A stretch of 64,000 nucleotides of DNA from an uncultured delta proteobacterium (GCA_963704165.1 CAVPHD010000003.1:548217-612216), one strand, 5' to 3'. Positions 29,419 to 39,797 are shown, counted from the first letter of the stretch. A program made the numbers and translations. Notes: generated from the letters alone by a model not told the origin.

Positions 29419-30416
29419 TTCACACCGCGGGTGAAGAGCGAGATGGGCCAGAGCTCCCTTTGTCCGAGCAGCCCCTGCGGCCGCGAGATCATCATCGCGA
29501 TCAGCAGAATCGAGTACAGCACCATTCGCCAGTCGCCCAGACCCCGCAACAGCTCCGGTGCAGCCGTCAGCGTCGCGGCGGCGAGGATCGCGCCCGAGAG
29601 CGATCCCAGTCCGCCGAGCACCACGAACACCACCAGCTCGAACGAGCGCACGAAGCCGAAGCTGTTGGTGTGGATGTAACCCTCGCTGTGGGCGAAGAGC
29701 GCACCCGCGACGCCCGCAAAGAAGCTCGCCACGAGGAACGCCTCGACCTTCACGCGCGTGGTCGCGATTCCGATCGACTCGGCCGCCGTCTCGTCCTCGC
29801 GCACGGCGCGAAAGGCGAGCCCGCCGCCCGCGTACACGAGCCGCGCGATGGCCACGATCGCGATGCCTCCGACGGCGAACACCCCCGCCAGACTCTCGAA
29901 GCGAAGATCGATGCCGGGGTGCGCGAGCGAGGCAACCGAGAAACCACGCGCCCCACCGACCGCGTCGATGTTCAGGATCGCAATACGGATGATCTCTCCC
30001 GCGCCGAGCGTCGCGATCGCGAGGTAGTCGCCGCGCAAGCGCAGCGCGGGCACGGCGACGACGATTCCCGCCAGCGCGGCGACGAAACCGCCGACGACGA
30101 GCGCGACCGGAAAGTACAGCCAGCGTGCGACCGGAAGGGGCACGACCCGCGAGACGGCCTCGAGCACGTCGGCGCCGGCATAGACCGAAAGCGAAGCCGA
30201 GGCATAGGCGCCGATGGCCATGAATCCCGCATGACCGATCGAGAACTGCCCGGTGAATCCGTTCACGAGCTGAAGTGAGACCGCGGCGATCACCGCGATG
30301 CCAATCCGCGAGAGGATCGTCACGTAGTAGGGATTCAGGAGACGCGGCGCGACCAGATCCAGCGCGACCAGAAGTACGAGCACGGCGCCGGCAGTGAGGA
30401 GGGAGCGGGGCCGCAC
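29415..30416 (-). CDS. livM: Branched-chain amino acid ABC permease
   Basis: GQFSIGHAGF, LRLRGDYLAIATL, VLGGLGS. Confidence 0.92.
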   Translation of the reverse strand: MRPRSLLTAGAVLVLLVALDLVAPRLLNPYYVTILSRIGIAVIAAVSLQLVNGFTGQFSIGHAGFMAIGAYASASLSVYAGADVLEAVSRVVPLPVARWLYFPVALVVGGFVAALAGIVVAVPALRLRGDYLAIATLGAGEIIRIAILNIDAVGGARGFSVASLAHPGIDLRFESLAGVFAVGGIAIVAIARLVYAGGGLAFRAVREDETAAESIGIATTRVKVEAFLVASFFAGVAGALFAHSEGYIHTNSFGFVRSFELVVFVVLGGLGSLSGAILAAATLTAAPELLRGLGDWRMVLYSILLIAMMISRPQGLLGQRELWPISLFTRGVK

Positions 30417-30420
30417 GCCT

Positions 30421-31323
30421 TCAGACCTTCTCGGTCTGAGGCGCGCCGAAGAGGCCGGTCGGCCGGTAGAGGAGGATCAGAACCAGGATCACGAAGGCGA
30501 TCGCATCCCGATACGTGCTCGAGAGATAGCCAGTCACGAGTGTCTCGATCACTCCGAGGAGAAGTCCGCCGAGCATCGCGCCGGGAACGCTGCCGATCCC
30601 GCCGAGCACCGCCGCCACGAAGGCCTTCAGTCCGGGCATCAGCCCCATCAGCGGATCGATCTTCGGGTTCGAGAGCCCGACCAGTATGCCCGCCGCCGCG
30701 GCCAGCATGGAACCGAGGACGAACGTGCCGAGGATGACGCGATCCACGGGCACACCCATCAGCGCGGCCGCTGGCGCATCGTACGAGACGGCGCGCATCG
30801 CGCGGCCGAAACGCGTGCGCTGTACCACGTACTGCAATCCCCCCATCAACACGATCGCGGTCACGAGCACGACGATCTGGATGTTCGATACGGCGATTCC
30901 CCCGATCCGGAACGCCTCCTGTGAGCGCAGGAGCGGCGGAAAGAACTTCGGATCCGCGCCGAAGACGACCTGCCCCGCGTTCTGGAGCAGGAGCGAGACG
31001 CCGATCGCGGTGATGAGCGGCGCGAGTCGTCCCGCCCCGCGAAGCGGCCGGTAGGCGACGCGCTCGATCAATGCGCCGAGCAGACCGCAGGCGAGCATCG
31101 ACACCACCAGCACGATCAGGAGCGCACCGAGCGACGGAGCCTCCGCCACGCCGAGTGCATGTGCGGCGTAGTAGCCGACCATCGCGCCGATCATGTAGAT
31201 CTCGCCGTGGGCGAAGTTGATCAGCTTCAGGACCCCGTACACCATCGTGTAGCCGAGGGCGATCAGGGCGTAGATCGAACCCCACTGGATCCCGTTCAGG
31301 AACTGCTCGAGCAGATTCTCCAA
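30421..31323 (-). CDS. livH: Branched-chain amino acid ABC permease
   Basis: YALIALGYTMVYGVLKLINFAHGE, KAFVAAVLGGIGS. Confidence 0.93.
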   Translation of the reverse strand: MENLLEQFLNGIQWGSIYALIALGYTMVYGVLKLINFAHGEIYMIGAMVGYYAAHALGVAEAPSLGALLIVLVVSMLACGLLGALIERVAYRPLRGAGRLAPLITAIGVSLLLQNAGQVVFGADPKFFPPLLRSQEAFRIGGIAVSNIQIVVLVTAIVLMGGLQYVVQRTRFGRAMRAVSYDAPAAALMGVPVDRVILGTFVLGSMLAAAAGILVGLSNPKIDPLMGLMPGLKAFVAAVLGGIGSVPGAMLGGLLLGVIETLVTGYLSSTYRDAIAFVILVLILLYRPTGLFGAPQTEKV

Positions 31324-31338
31324 GGGACCGGGCGACCG

Positions 31339-32481
31339 CTACCTGGCCGATACGGTTCGGTGATAGCGGAACTTCCCGCCTTCGATCTTGAGCACGACGG
31401 CATCCTTGCGTGCGTTGCGCCGTTCATCCATCGAAATCTTGCCGGTCACCCCGTCGAAATCCTTCGTCGCGGCGATCGCGTCGCGGAGCGCGGCACCGTC
31501 GGTCCTTCCCGCACGCCCGAGCGCATCCGCCAGGATCCAGGCCGTGTCGTAGCCGAGCGCCGCCATCGCGTCGGGCGTCGCGCCGTTGGCGGCCTTGAAC
31601 TTGCGTACGAACTCCCGAACCCGCGGGCTGTCTGAATCCGCCGCGTAGTGCGTCGAGAAGTAGTAGCCCTCGACCGCTTCACCGCCGATCTCGATCGTCT
31701 TCTCGGAATCCCAGCCGTCCCCGCCGAGGAGCGGAACGCCGATGTCCTTGTCGCGCGCCTGTCGTGCGATCAGTCCGAGCTCCGTGTAGTACCCCGGCAC
31801 GAAGACGACATCGGGGTTCGCCGCGCGGATGGTGGTCAGCTGCGGCCGGAAGTCGATGTCGCCCGTCGTGTAGCGCTCGTCGGCCACGATCTCGGCGCCG
31901 AGCTCTCGCGCTTTCGCGCGGAAGAACTCCGCGAGTCCCACGGAGTAGTCCTGCTTGAAGTCGAACAGGATCGCGAGTCGCTTGGCCTTCAACTCCTCGA
32001 CCGCGAACTGCGCCATGACCGCGCCCTGGAACGGATCGATGAAACAGGCCCGGAAGACGTAGTCGCCGACCTCGGTCACCTTCGGGTTGGTCGAGCCCGG
32101 CGAGATCATCGGCACGCGCGCGCGCTGGGCTTCGGGCGCCGCGGCGAGCGACCGCGACGACGCGATCTCGCCGAGCAGCGCGACGACCTGGTCGCGCTGC
32201 AGGAGCTTCTGCGCCGCGGTTCGCGCTTCCTCCGTGATGGAACGATCGTCCTCCGTGATCAGCGTGAGCGGGCGCCCGAGCGCGCCCCCGGCGGCGTTGA
32301 TCTCTTCGATCGCGAGCCGCATTCCCTGATCGGTGCTCCGACCGAAGGTCGCGGTGTCACCTGTCATCGAAGCGACGTGACCGACCAGGATCGCGTTGAC
32401 CGGGCGCTGCTCGCCGCCACACGCGAGCACGAGGAACAGCAACGCCGCGCAGACGGAACCGGCAAACCACTCCCCCCGCAT
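31339..32481 (-). CDS. Branched-chain amino acid ABC substrate-binding lipoprotein (LivJ/LivK family)
   Basis: Lipobox VLAC; AIEEINAAGG, FRACFIDPFQG, LGYD, FDGVTGKI. Confidence 0.92.
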   Translation of the reverse strand: MRGEWFAGSVCAALLFLVLACGGEQRPVNAILVGHVASMTGDTATFGRSTDQGMRLAIEEINAAGGALGRPLTLITEDDRSITEEARTAAQKLLQRDQVVALLGEIASSRSLAAAPEAQRARVPMISPGSTNPKVTEVGDYVFRACFIDPFQGAVMAQFAVEELKAKRLAILFDFKQDYSVGLAEFFRAKARELGAEIVADERYTTGDIDFRPQLTTIRAANPDVVFVPGYYTELGLIARQARDKDIGVPLLGGDGWDSEKTIEIGGEAVEGYYFSTHYAADSDSPRVREFVRKFKAANGATPDAMAALGYDTAWILADALGRAGRTDGAALRDAIAATKDFDGVTGKISMDERRNARKDAVVLKIEGGKFRYHRTVSAR

Positions 32482-32577
32482 GCTACCTCCCGAGATCCGC
32501 TTGGGGTACACGCCCCCGCCCGGCTTGGCAAGGCGGCCTTGGAGCGAAATCCCCGACAGGGCTATCGTCGCCCGCGC

Positions 32578-34347
32578 ATGGAATTCGACGCCTGGCTCAC
32601 GCTCGCGGTCCTGCTCGCGATGATCGTCGCGATGGCGCGCGAGATCGCCGGGCCCGACGTCGTTCTGATGGCGGGCTTGATCGTCCTCTCCGCAGCCGGG
32701 GTACTCACTCCCGAAGAGACGTTCGCGGGCTTCGCGAACGAGTCGATGCTCACGGTCGGGGCGCTGCTCGTGCTCGCTGCGGCGCTCCGCGCCACGGGTG
32801 CACTCGAGCCGAGCTTCTCGCGGCTCTTCGGGCGCACGCGCAACGAACGTGTCGGTCTCTTCCGCATGATGTTCCCGATCGCGGGTGTCTCGGCGTTCCT
32901 GAACAACACGACGATCGTCGCGATGCTGACGCCCGTGGTGATCGATTGGTCGCACCGCAACCGGATGTCGCCGGGCCGATTCCTGATCCCGCTCAGCTTC
33001 GCGACGATCCTCGGCGGTGTCACCACGATCATCGGCACCAGCACGAATCTGACCGTGGCCGGAATGATGCTGCAGTCGGGCATGCGGCCGATGGGGTTCT
33101 TCGAGCTCGCGCCGGTCGGGATTCCCGTCTGTATCGCCGGGCTCGCGTACCTGCTCTGGGCGGCGCCGAAGCTGCTTCCGGCGCGCAAGGAGCCGACCGA
33201 GGACCTCGGAGCAGCCCGGCGGGAATACACCGTCGCGATGATCGTCGAGCTGCGCTCACCGCTCGCGAACCGATCCGTCGAGGACGCAGGCCTGCGCCAC
33301 CTGCCCGGCTTGTTCCTGGTCGAGATCGACCGCGCGGGCCGCGTGATCACGCCGGTGGCGTCGGACGAGGTGATCCTCGAGTCGGACCGACTCGTCTTCG
33401 CCGGTGTGGTCGACACGATCGTGGATCTGTCGCGGATTCGCGGGCTGGTGCCGGCCACCGACGACGAGCAGCCGGCGCCGTCCGATCCCGGCCGGCGGCT
33501 CTCCGAGGCGGTCGTCTCGCACTCTTCGCCGCTCGTCGGACGCAGCATCCGCGAAGCGGGCTTCCGCACCGTCTACGACGCCGCCGTGATCGCCGTGCAC
33601 CGGAACGGAGAGCGCGTCGCGGGGAAGATCGGCGACATCGTGCTGCGGCCCGGCGACACGCTCTTGCTTCAGACCGCGCCGGGATTCGTGCGCGTCCACG
33701 GCAACAGCCCCGACTTCTATCTGGTGAGCGAGCTCGCAGGCACGGAGAATCCGCGTTACGACCGCGCGTGGGTCGCGCTCGGCGTGCTGGCCGGCCTGAT
33801 CGCGACGGTCACGCTCGAGATCCTGCCGATCTCGATCGCCGCTTTCCTCGCGGCCGGGGCGCTCGTCGCGACCCGCTGCATCAGCGCCGCTCAAGCTCGC
33901 AGGAGCATCGAGTGGTCGATCCTGATCATGATCGCCGCGGCGCTCGGCATCGGTGCTGCGATGGAGAAGACGGGGGTCGCGGCGGCGATCGCCACCCAGC
34001 TCACGCAGGCGGTCGGCGACTTCGGACCGCTCGCCGCGCTCGCGCTCGTCTACTTCGTGACGGTGCTTCTGACCGAGGTGATCAGCAACAACGCGGCCGC
34101 CGCACTGATGTTTCCGATCGGCGTCGCGACGGCATCCCAGCTCGGAGTGGACGTGCGGGGTTTCGTGATGGCGGTCACGGTCGCGGCGAGCTGCGGCTTC
34201 TCGACTCCGATCGGCTACCAGACGCACCTGATCGTCTTCGGCCCCGGTGGCTATCGCTTCAGTGACTTCGTTCGGGTCGGTGCGCCGCTCGATCTGCTCT
34301 GCGGTGTGGTCGCGCTCACCGTGATTCCCTACTTCTTTCCGTTCTGA
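32578..34347 (+). CDS. SLC13/DASS family permease with TrkA-C domains
   Basis: SAFLNNT, TIIGTSTNL, central SPLVGRSIRE TrkA-C repeats, TPIGYQT, GPGGYRFSDF. Confidence 0.92.
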   Translation: MEFDAWLTLAVLLAMIVAMAREIAGPDVVLMAGLIVLSAAGVLTPEETFAGFANESMLTVGALLVLAAALRATGALEPSFSRLFGRTRNERVGLFRMMFPIAGVSAFLNNTTIVAMLTPVVIDWSHRNRMSPGRFLIPLSFATILGGVTTIIGTSTNLTVAGMMLQSGMRPMGFFELAPVGIPVCIAGLAYLLWAAPKLLPARKEPTEDLGAARREYTVAMIVELRSPLANRSVEDAGLRHLPGLFLVEIDRAGRVITPVASDEVILESDRLVFAGVVDTIVDLSRIRGLVPATDDEQPAPSDPGRRLSEAVVSHSSPLVGRSIREAGFRTVYDAAVIAVHRNGERVAGKIGDIVLRPGDTLLLQTAPGFVRVHGNSPDFYLVSELAGTENPRYDRAWVALGVLAGLIATVTLEILPISIAAFLAAGALVATRCISAAQARRSIEWSILIMIAAALGIGAAMEKTGVAAAIATQLTQAVGDFGPLAALALVYFVTVLLTEVISNNAAAALMFPIGVATASQLGVDVRGFVMAVTVAASCGFSTPIGYQTHLIVFGPGGYRFSDFVRVGAPLDLLCGVVALTVIPYFFPF

Positions 34348-34359
34348 TCAGGAGGCAAA

Positions 34360-34653
34360 ATGGTCTACCGCTATGCAGCTCTGCTCGTCTTCGCGCTCAT
34401 GGTCCTCGCCGCGGCTCCGGCTCCGGCCCACGCCGGGGCCTGCGCCGGCGGACGCAGCTCTCAGAGCGCGATGTGGTTCTCGATCCTGCACCCCGGAGTC
34501 GGCGAGTACTACCTGAAGGGCTGGGGGCCGTTCGACAACATCCCGCAGAAGAAGTTCTGGCTCGGCTTCATTCCGTTCTACGGCTGGCCCGGCTACCTGC
34601 AGGTGAGGAGCGCGATCGACGCTGCGAACTGCCGGACGAACGACAACATCTAG
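34360..34653 (+). CDS. Small exported/membrane hypothetical protein
   Basis: AGGAGG RBS, signal peptide ending AHA, SILHPGVGEYY. Confidence 0.75.
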   Translation: MVYRYAALLVFALMVLAAAPAPAHAGACAGGRSSQSAMWFSILHPGVGEYYLKGWGPFDNIPQKKFWLGFIPFYGWPGYLQVRSAIDAANCRTNDNI

Positions 34654-34660
34654 TCGGCGG

Positions 34661-35104
34661 CTACCGGCCCTTCGGCTCGGTTCCCGTCTTCCCGCCGAGC
34701 TTCGGCAGATCGTCGTGGATGTCGACGAAGCTGGCGCGGTCGTCCACGTGCACGTGGAGCGACGGCAAGCGGTCGATCTCGCCGTCGATCGACCCGAGCG
34801 CGATGTCGAGATGGTCGGGATGCCTGCTCGACTCGCAGAGCATGCTGCTCCCGCATCTCTCGCAGAAGCGTCGCCATCCGTGATCCGAGGAGTCGTAGCG
34901 GCGAAGCAGCGCTTCACCCGCGGTGATCCGGAATCGCTCGTACGGCACGCCGATCCAGGTGACGAATCCCGCTCCGTGCGCCTTCCGGCACATCGAGCAG
35001 TGACAGTGCGCGCAGAACAGCGTCGGTAGGTCGATCTCGAATCGTACCGCCCCGCAGAGGCAGCCACCGGGAATCGTCGAAGCGCTTCTCGGAAGTTCCG
35101 ACAT
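34661..35104 (-). CDS. GFA (CENP-V) family protein
   Basis: GGCLCGAVRF, CHCSMCRK, FCERCGS. Confidence 0.92.
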   Translation of the reverse strand: MSELPRSASTIPGGCLCGAVRFEIDLPTLFCAHCHCSMCRKAHGAGFVTWIGVPYERFRITAGEALLRRYDSSDHGWRRFCERCGSSMLCESSRHPDHLDIALGSIDGEIDRLPSLHVHVDDRASFVDIHDDLPKLGGKTGTEPKGR

Positions 35105-35108
35105 GGCC

Positions 35109-35510
35109 TCAGCGTAGCCGAATCCGAAGCAGGAAGGACTCGAGACGATCGCGTTCGAACGCGCGCTTGTCCCAGGGCTCGTGGGAGAGCGAGCTTCTAT
35201 TCGACTCGCGAACGACGTAAGCATGCGCACCCACGCTCCGGCCATCGCGCACCCGGACGTCGACGCAAAGGCGTTCGTAGAGAGCGCCTTCGAAGCGGTC
35301 GAGCACGGCGAGCGCGCCCGCATCGAGTCCGCGCCAAAGCGTACCGTCGGTGCTCGCGCCGGATTCGGGCACCAGGCCCGGGTAGTCCGCGGCGCGCACG
35401 CGGTAGCGTGCAAAGCCGTCGAGGGCGGCGGGCTCGCCCGCAAAGGTGCGACCCGTGACGGCGCGCATCACGTTGGCGAACTCGAGCGAGCCGTAGCAGA
35501 AGAGAAGCAC
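35109..35510 (-). CDS. Gamma-glutamylcyclotransferase (AIG2-like)
   Basis: FCYGSL, YPGL, LDRFEGALYER. Confidence 0.88.
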   Translation of the reverse strand: MLLFCYGSLEFANVMRAVTGRTFAGEPAALDGFARYRVRAADYPGLVPESGASTDGTLWRGLDAGALAVLDRFEGALYERLCVDVRVRDGRSVGAHAYVVRESNRSSLSHEPWDKRAFERDRLESFLLRIRLR

Positions 35511-35517
35511 CGCGCGC

Positions 35518-35883
35518 TCAGAGCTCCTCGAGCTTCAGGAAGGCCCCGCATCCCGGGCACCGCTGGATCGCGGGCAGCTTCATCGGCGGCTCGAGCTTCT
35601 GCTCGCCGGAGCAGCCGGGACACGGACCCGTGAGCGAGAGGTACTCGTGCACCTCGTTGTAGCGCTGGGTCGCGAGAATCGAGCCGACGAACGAGAAGCC
35701 GAGCAGCCAGACGACGTGTGGCGGGATCAGGAAAAGCACGCAGCCGGCCGCGAAGATCGGAAGGAAGCGCCGAACCGCACGGCGGAGTCGGTCGCGGCGA
35801 CCGTATTCGGCGATGCTCACCGTGAGCCGGGTCGGCTCCGCCCCGTGTGTCGTCGCGCGTATCCCCGCTTCGCGAATCGTCAT
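35518..35883 (-). CDS. Hypothetical 2-TM protein with Zn-ribbon
   Basis: Two hydrophobic segments then CPGC...CPGC; GGAGGA RBS. Confidence 0.7.
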   Translation of the reverse strand: MTIREAGIRATTHGAEPTRLTVSIAEYGRRDRLRRAVRRFLPIFAAGCVLFLIPPHVVWLLGFSFVGSILATQRYNEVHEYLSLTGPCPGCSGEQKLEPPMKLPAIQRCPGCGAFLKLEEL

Positions 35884-35911
35884 TTCGTCTTCCTCCGTCG
35901 AACTCCCGCCC

Positions 35912-36364
35912 TCACGCGCGGCTTGGATCCTCGCTCGCGTACATCCGTTGGCGTCGCTGCTCGCGGAAGTTCGTGATCTCGAGCCGGATGCCATCCGGAT
36001 CGTCGAAGAAGATCGCGTAGTAGTCCGGAGCGTACTGTGGGTAGTAGATCGGCTCCGTCACCACCACGCCGAGCACGCGCAGCTCCGAGGCCGCTCGATC
36101 CACCGCGGAAGCGTCGATCACGCGAAAGCAGAAGTGGTGCAGGCCCGGCGCGTACGGGTCGTGCGCGGGTGTCTCCGGCCGCGCCGGCCGCAGCGAGAAG
36201 CCGAACTGCCGATTGAAGTAGTGCACGTGCGGATCGCCGGCGATCACGGACTCCGCGCGCCGATAGCCGAGCACTTCCATCACGCCGTCGTAGAAGTGCC
36301 GCGAACGTGAGAGATCTCTCACCGAGAGGTAGACGTGATCGATGCCGAGGACTTCGACGGGCAT
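35912..36364 (-). CDS. VOC/glyoxalase family protein
   Basis: IDHVYLSVRDL, GLHHFCF, DPDGIRLE. Confidence 0.9.
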   Translation of the reverse strand: MPVEVLGIDHVYLSVRDLSRSRHFYDGVMEVLGYRRAESVIAGDPHVHYFNRQFGFSLRPARPETPAHDPYAPGLHHFCFRVIDASAVDRAASELRVLGVVVTEPIYYPQYAPDYYAIFFDDPDGIRLEITNFREQRRQRMYASEDPSRA

Positions 36365-36379
36365 GCACCTCCTCCTGTC

Positions 36380-37120
36380 TCACGTGAGTACGAGCTTCAC
36401 TCCCGCGACGAAGAGCACCACCGCGAGCACGCGACGGAGCGAGGTCGTCGCGAGATGCCGGCTCCCCGCGCGCGAGCCGATCAGCCCGCCGAGGACCGCC
36501 GCCACGGCCCAGTATCGGATCTCGCCCGGGACATTGCCGACGCTGGCCAGGTGACCGGAGAGCCCCGAGATCGAATTCACCAGGATGAACGCCGCGGACA
36601 CCGCGCTCGCGCGGCGCGTGTCGGCCCAGCCCGCGAACAGCACGAGCGGCGTCAGGAAGATCCCTCCACCGACTCCCGTGAGTCCCGAGAGAAGTCCGAT
36701 CCCCGAGCCACAGACGAACGCGAGCCACAGCGCCGGAGGTCGTGGAGAATCGGAGCGCGAGGCCGAGGCGTCGACGAGAAATCGGAACGCCGCGAACACC
36801 AATACGAATCCGACGATCGTCTTGTAGACACCGGTCGGCGCCTGGATCACGCCGCCGATGAACGCGAACGGAACGGAGAGCACCGCGAACGGCCAGAACA
36901 GCCGCCACTGGAAGTAGCCCGCGCGCGCGAAGCTCACGGTGGCGAGCATCGAGACGAGGATGTTCAGCACCAGTGCGGTCGGCTTCATCACCTCGGGCAC
37001 GACGCCGAAGAGCGCCATCGCCGCGAGATACCCCGAAGCCCCACCGTGTCCGACCGACGAGTAGAGCGCCGCGGCGACGAAGATGAGACCGGTGAGGATC
37101 AGGACCGATTCCTGCGTCAC
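36380..37120 (-). CDS. TauE/SafE sulfite exporter family
   Basis: SSVGHGGASGY, GLTGVGGGIFLTP; about 8 TM. Confidence 0.9.
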   Translation of the reverse strand: MTQESVLILTGLIFVAAALYSSVGHGGASGYLAAMALFGVVPEVMKPTALVLNILVSMLATVSFARAGYFQWRLFWPFAVLSVPFAFIGGVIQAPTGVYKTIVGFVLVFAAFRFLVDASASRSDSPRPPALWLAFVCGSGIGLLSGLTGVGGGIFLTPLVLFAGWADTRRASAVSAAFILVNSISGLSGHLASVGNVPGEIRYWAVAAVLGGLIGSRAGSRHLATTSLRRVLAVVLFVAGVKLVLT

Positions 37121-37129
37121 GACCGGCTC

Positions 37130-37390
37130 TCAACCGCCGCTGATCGCGCACAGGATCTGAACGTGGTCGCCCTCCGACAGGCCTCGCGCGAGATCCCGCG
37201 AGAGCTCGGAGTTCACGAAAAGCCGGATGTGCTCGCGGATGCGGCCCTGCTCGTCGATCATCCGAAATCGGATTCCCGGGAACGAGCCGTCGAGATCCTC
37301 GAGCAGCTCCGCGAGCGTCATGCCGTGCGCCTGGACCTCGACCTCGTCTCCGGTGTACGAGCGCAGTGGACTCGGGATCGAGACGCGCAT
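37130..37390 (-). CDS. ThiS/MoaD family ubiquitin-like sulfur carrier
   Basis: MRVSIPSPLRSY...FPGIRFR...RLFVN...AISGG C-terminal diglycine. Confidence 0.9.
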   Translation of the reverse strand: MRVSIPSPLRSYTGDEVEVQAHGMTLAELLEDLDGSFPGIRFRMIDEQGRIREHIRLFVNSELSRDLARGLSEGDHVQILCAISGG

Positions 37391-38559
37391 CAATCGAGCG
37401 TGGCCGCGACCACGGACAGAACGTGGGGGAGATGCTCGGCGATGCGGCGCCAGCTCTTGCCCTCGTTCGCGCTCCTCCAGAGCTCGCCGCCCGTCGTCCC
37501 GAAGTAGAGGCCGAGCGGCGTACACCCGTCGGCGCTGAACGACTGACGCTTCACTGTGTACCATCCGTGCTCGCGCGGCAGGCCCCGCGCTTGGCGCTCC
37601 CAGGTCCCGCCCGCGTCGCGAGACCGGTACACCGCGGGCCTTCCGCCCGGGCTCACCCGCGGCCAGACGGTCGTCCCGTCCATCGGGAAGACCCAGACCG
37701 TGTCCGCGTCGCGCGGATGCAGCACGATCGGGAATCCGATGTCGCCGATCTCCGAGGGCATGTTCCTGCCGACCCGATTCCAGCGCGTCGCCGGACGGTC
37801 GAGGCGGTAGATCCCACAGTGGTTCTGCTGGTACAAGCGATCGGGACGCAGCGGGTGGAGCGCCATGCAGTGCGGATCCTGTCCGTACTCGGGGAACGGC
37901 TCGGGCGACGCAGGCGCCTCGACGCCCTCGTTGAGCGGGTGCCAGCTCGAACCTGCGTCGCGGCTCTCGAACGAGCCTCCACCGGAGCAAGCGACATACA
38001 AGTGTGACGAGTCGCGCGGATCGATCAGGATCGAGTGCAGCATCGAACCGTCGGGAGTCTGGTCCTCCGGCGGGCACCAGGTCGTGCGCAACGGGTTCTC
38101 GTTCCAGCCATCGACGCCGCGCCAGCTCGCGCCGCCGTCCTCGCTGCGAAACAGACCCGGCGGAGAGGTTCCCGCGTACCACACGCGGGGCTCGCGTTCG
38201 CTGCCCGGCACGAGCGCCATCGTGTACTCGACCGCGAATCCGCGTTCGCCTTCCGCCGCCTTGCGGAACGCGGGCGGCACCGACGCCTCCTTCCAGGTCG
38301 CGCCGAGATCGGTCGAGCGGAAGATCGTCGGACCGAGATGCCCGGCGCGCGCGGCGCAGAGAAGCGTGCGCCGGTCGCGCGGATCGAGCACGACGTGGTT
38401 CACGATCTCGCCGAAGCGGTGAGGTCCATCGACTCTCCACCGCGTGCGCGAGGGATTGCCGTGAAACACGAAGGCACCCTTGCGGGTACCGACGAGCAGC
38501 ACGACGCGGGGCTGTCGAGCGGGCTTCGCCGGGAGTCGCTTCGGTTTCCGGGCAGACAT
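37390..38559 (-). CDS. BNR/Asp-box beta-propeller protein (sialidase-like)
   Basis: LLVGTRKGAF; repeated S-x-D-x-G-x-T/S-W boxes; QQNHCGIY. Confidence 0.88.
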   Translation of the reverse strand: MSARKPKRLPAKPARQPRVVLLVGTRKGAFVFHGNPSRTRWRVDGPHRFGEIVNHVVLDPRDRRTLLCAARAGHLGPTIFRSTDLGATWKEASVPPAFRKAAEGERGFAVEYTMALVPGSEREPRVWYAGTSPPGLFRSEDGGASWRGVDGWNENPLRTTWCPPEDQTPDGSMLHSILIDPRDSSHLYVACSGGGSFESRDAGSSWHPLNEGVEAPASPEPFPEYGQDPHCMALHPLRPDRLYQQNHCGIYRLDRPATRWNRVGRNMPSEIGDIGFPIVLHPRDADTVWVFPMDGTTVWPRVSPGGRPAVYRSRDAGGTWERQARGLPREHGWYTVKRQSFSADGCTPLGLYFGTTGGELWRSANEGKSWRRIAEHLPHVLSVVAATLD

Positions 38560-38632
38560 CGGCCGATCCTAGACCGCGTGAACGCGAACGTCGAGCGTTC
38601 CGTGACGCGCGCCCGCGTGCAAGACTCGCGGC

Positions 38633-39079
38633 GTGTTCGAGATCCGCGTCATGGCCGAGTTCGAGATCGAGCCCGTCGTGCGTCTCTGGCACGAGACCAA
38701 GCGCGACACGTACGATTTCATTGCGCAGGAGCGCGGACGAACGATCGACGAGGACGACGCGTTCTTCCGGCGCGAGATACTTCCGCGCTGTTCGATGTTC
38801 GTGGCGGGCGAAGCTGCGCGCGTGGTCGGCTTTCTCGCGCTGCACGGGAGCTACGTCGACCGACTGTACGTACACCCCGACCGGCAGCGCCGCGGGATCG
38901 GCGAGGCGCTGCTGCGTCATGCCATCGCGCTCTCTCCCGCCGGACTCGAGCTTCACACGCACGTGAAGAACGCGAAGGCGCGAGCGTTCTACGAGAAGCA
39001 CGGCCTGCGCGCCGTGACGTTCGGCACCAGCCCGCCGCCCGAGAACGAGCCCGACGTCGAGTATCACTGGCGACCCTGA
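38633..39079 (+). CDS. GNAT acetyltransferase
   Basis: LYVHPDRQRRGIG, NAKARAFYEKHG. Confidence 0.9.
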   Translation: MFEIRVMAEFEIEPVVRLWHETKRDTYDFIAQERGRTIDEDDAFFRREILPRCSMFVAGEAARVVGFLALHGSYVDRLYVHPDRQRRGIGEALLRHAIALSPAGLELHTHVKNAKARAFYEKHGLRAVTFGTSPPPENEPDVEYHWRP

Positions 39080-39097
39080 GCGCGGTCGTGCGACGAG

Positions 39098-39700
39098 CTA
39101 CGCGGACGGAAGACGCCCGATGAAATCGGCGGTCGTGTTCGTGTGCGGGAACGGCTCCTCGGGCACGGGCACGCCCAGCGCGCGACAGATCGGATCCCAG
39201 CCGTCCCCGGCGCGCCATTCGAGCAGCCGCCGTGCCGGGACCGTCGCGCGCACGCGCGCGTTGTGACGCTCGAAGGCCGCGATCGAAGCGGCGCGATCGC
39301 GAATCTCCGAAGTGAATCGCGATGCGAACATCTCCTCGATCATCGAGCGCCAGAGATCGCTCGGCGCGCGCTCCGTGGCCGGGAAGATCGTGCCGTTCGC
39401 GCTCTTCCACCACGATTCCGCGTCGCGCACGGAGAGCAGCACGAGGGCATCGGGAAACGCCTCGACGAGCTCGGGCCAGAAGGCCGATGCGGGCCAGTCG
39501 ACGGCCGCGGCATATCCGCCGAGCAATGCCGACCAGTCCGGCATCTTCCCGCGAGCCGCGTCGCGCCACACCGGAACGTGTTCCTGGTGCGCAAAGACCT
39601 CGGCCATGTGGTAGCACGGCGCGCCGAGCAGGCGCTCGAGCGCGACCTTGAGCGAAAGCGTGCCCGTTCGGCCCACTCCGGCTCCGATGACTCTCAGCAT
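39098..39700 (-). CDS. Sulfotransferase-like P-loop protein
   Basis: VIGAGVGRTGTLSLK, CYHM, AVDWP, GWDPIC, FPHTN. Confidence 0.9.
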   Translation of the reverse strand: MLRVIGAGVGRTGTLSLKVALERLLGAPCYHMAEVFAHQEHVPVWRDAARGKMPDWSALLGGYAAAVDWPASAFWPELVEAFPDALVLLSVRDAESWWKSANGTIFPATERAPSDLWRSMIEEMFASRFTSEIRDRAASIAAFERHNARVRATVPARRLLEWRAGDGWDPICRALGVPVPEEPFPHTNTTADFIGRLPSA

Positions 39701-39797
39701 TGCGATCCTCCGTCGTTCGCGTCGAGACCGTCTGATCTTCTACCAGATCGCGGCGGGTCGAGGGCTGCCCGGTCCCGCGCTGTGCTACAGGGGGAGC

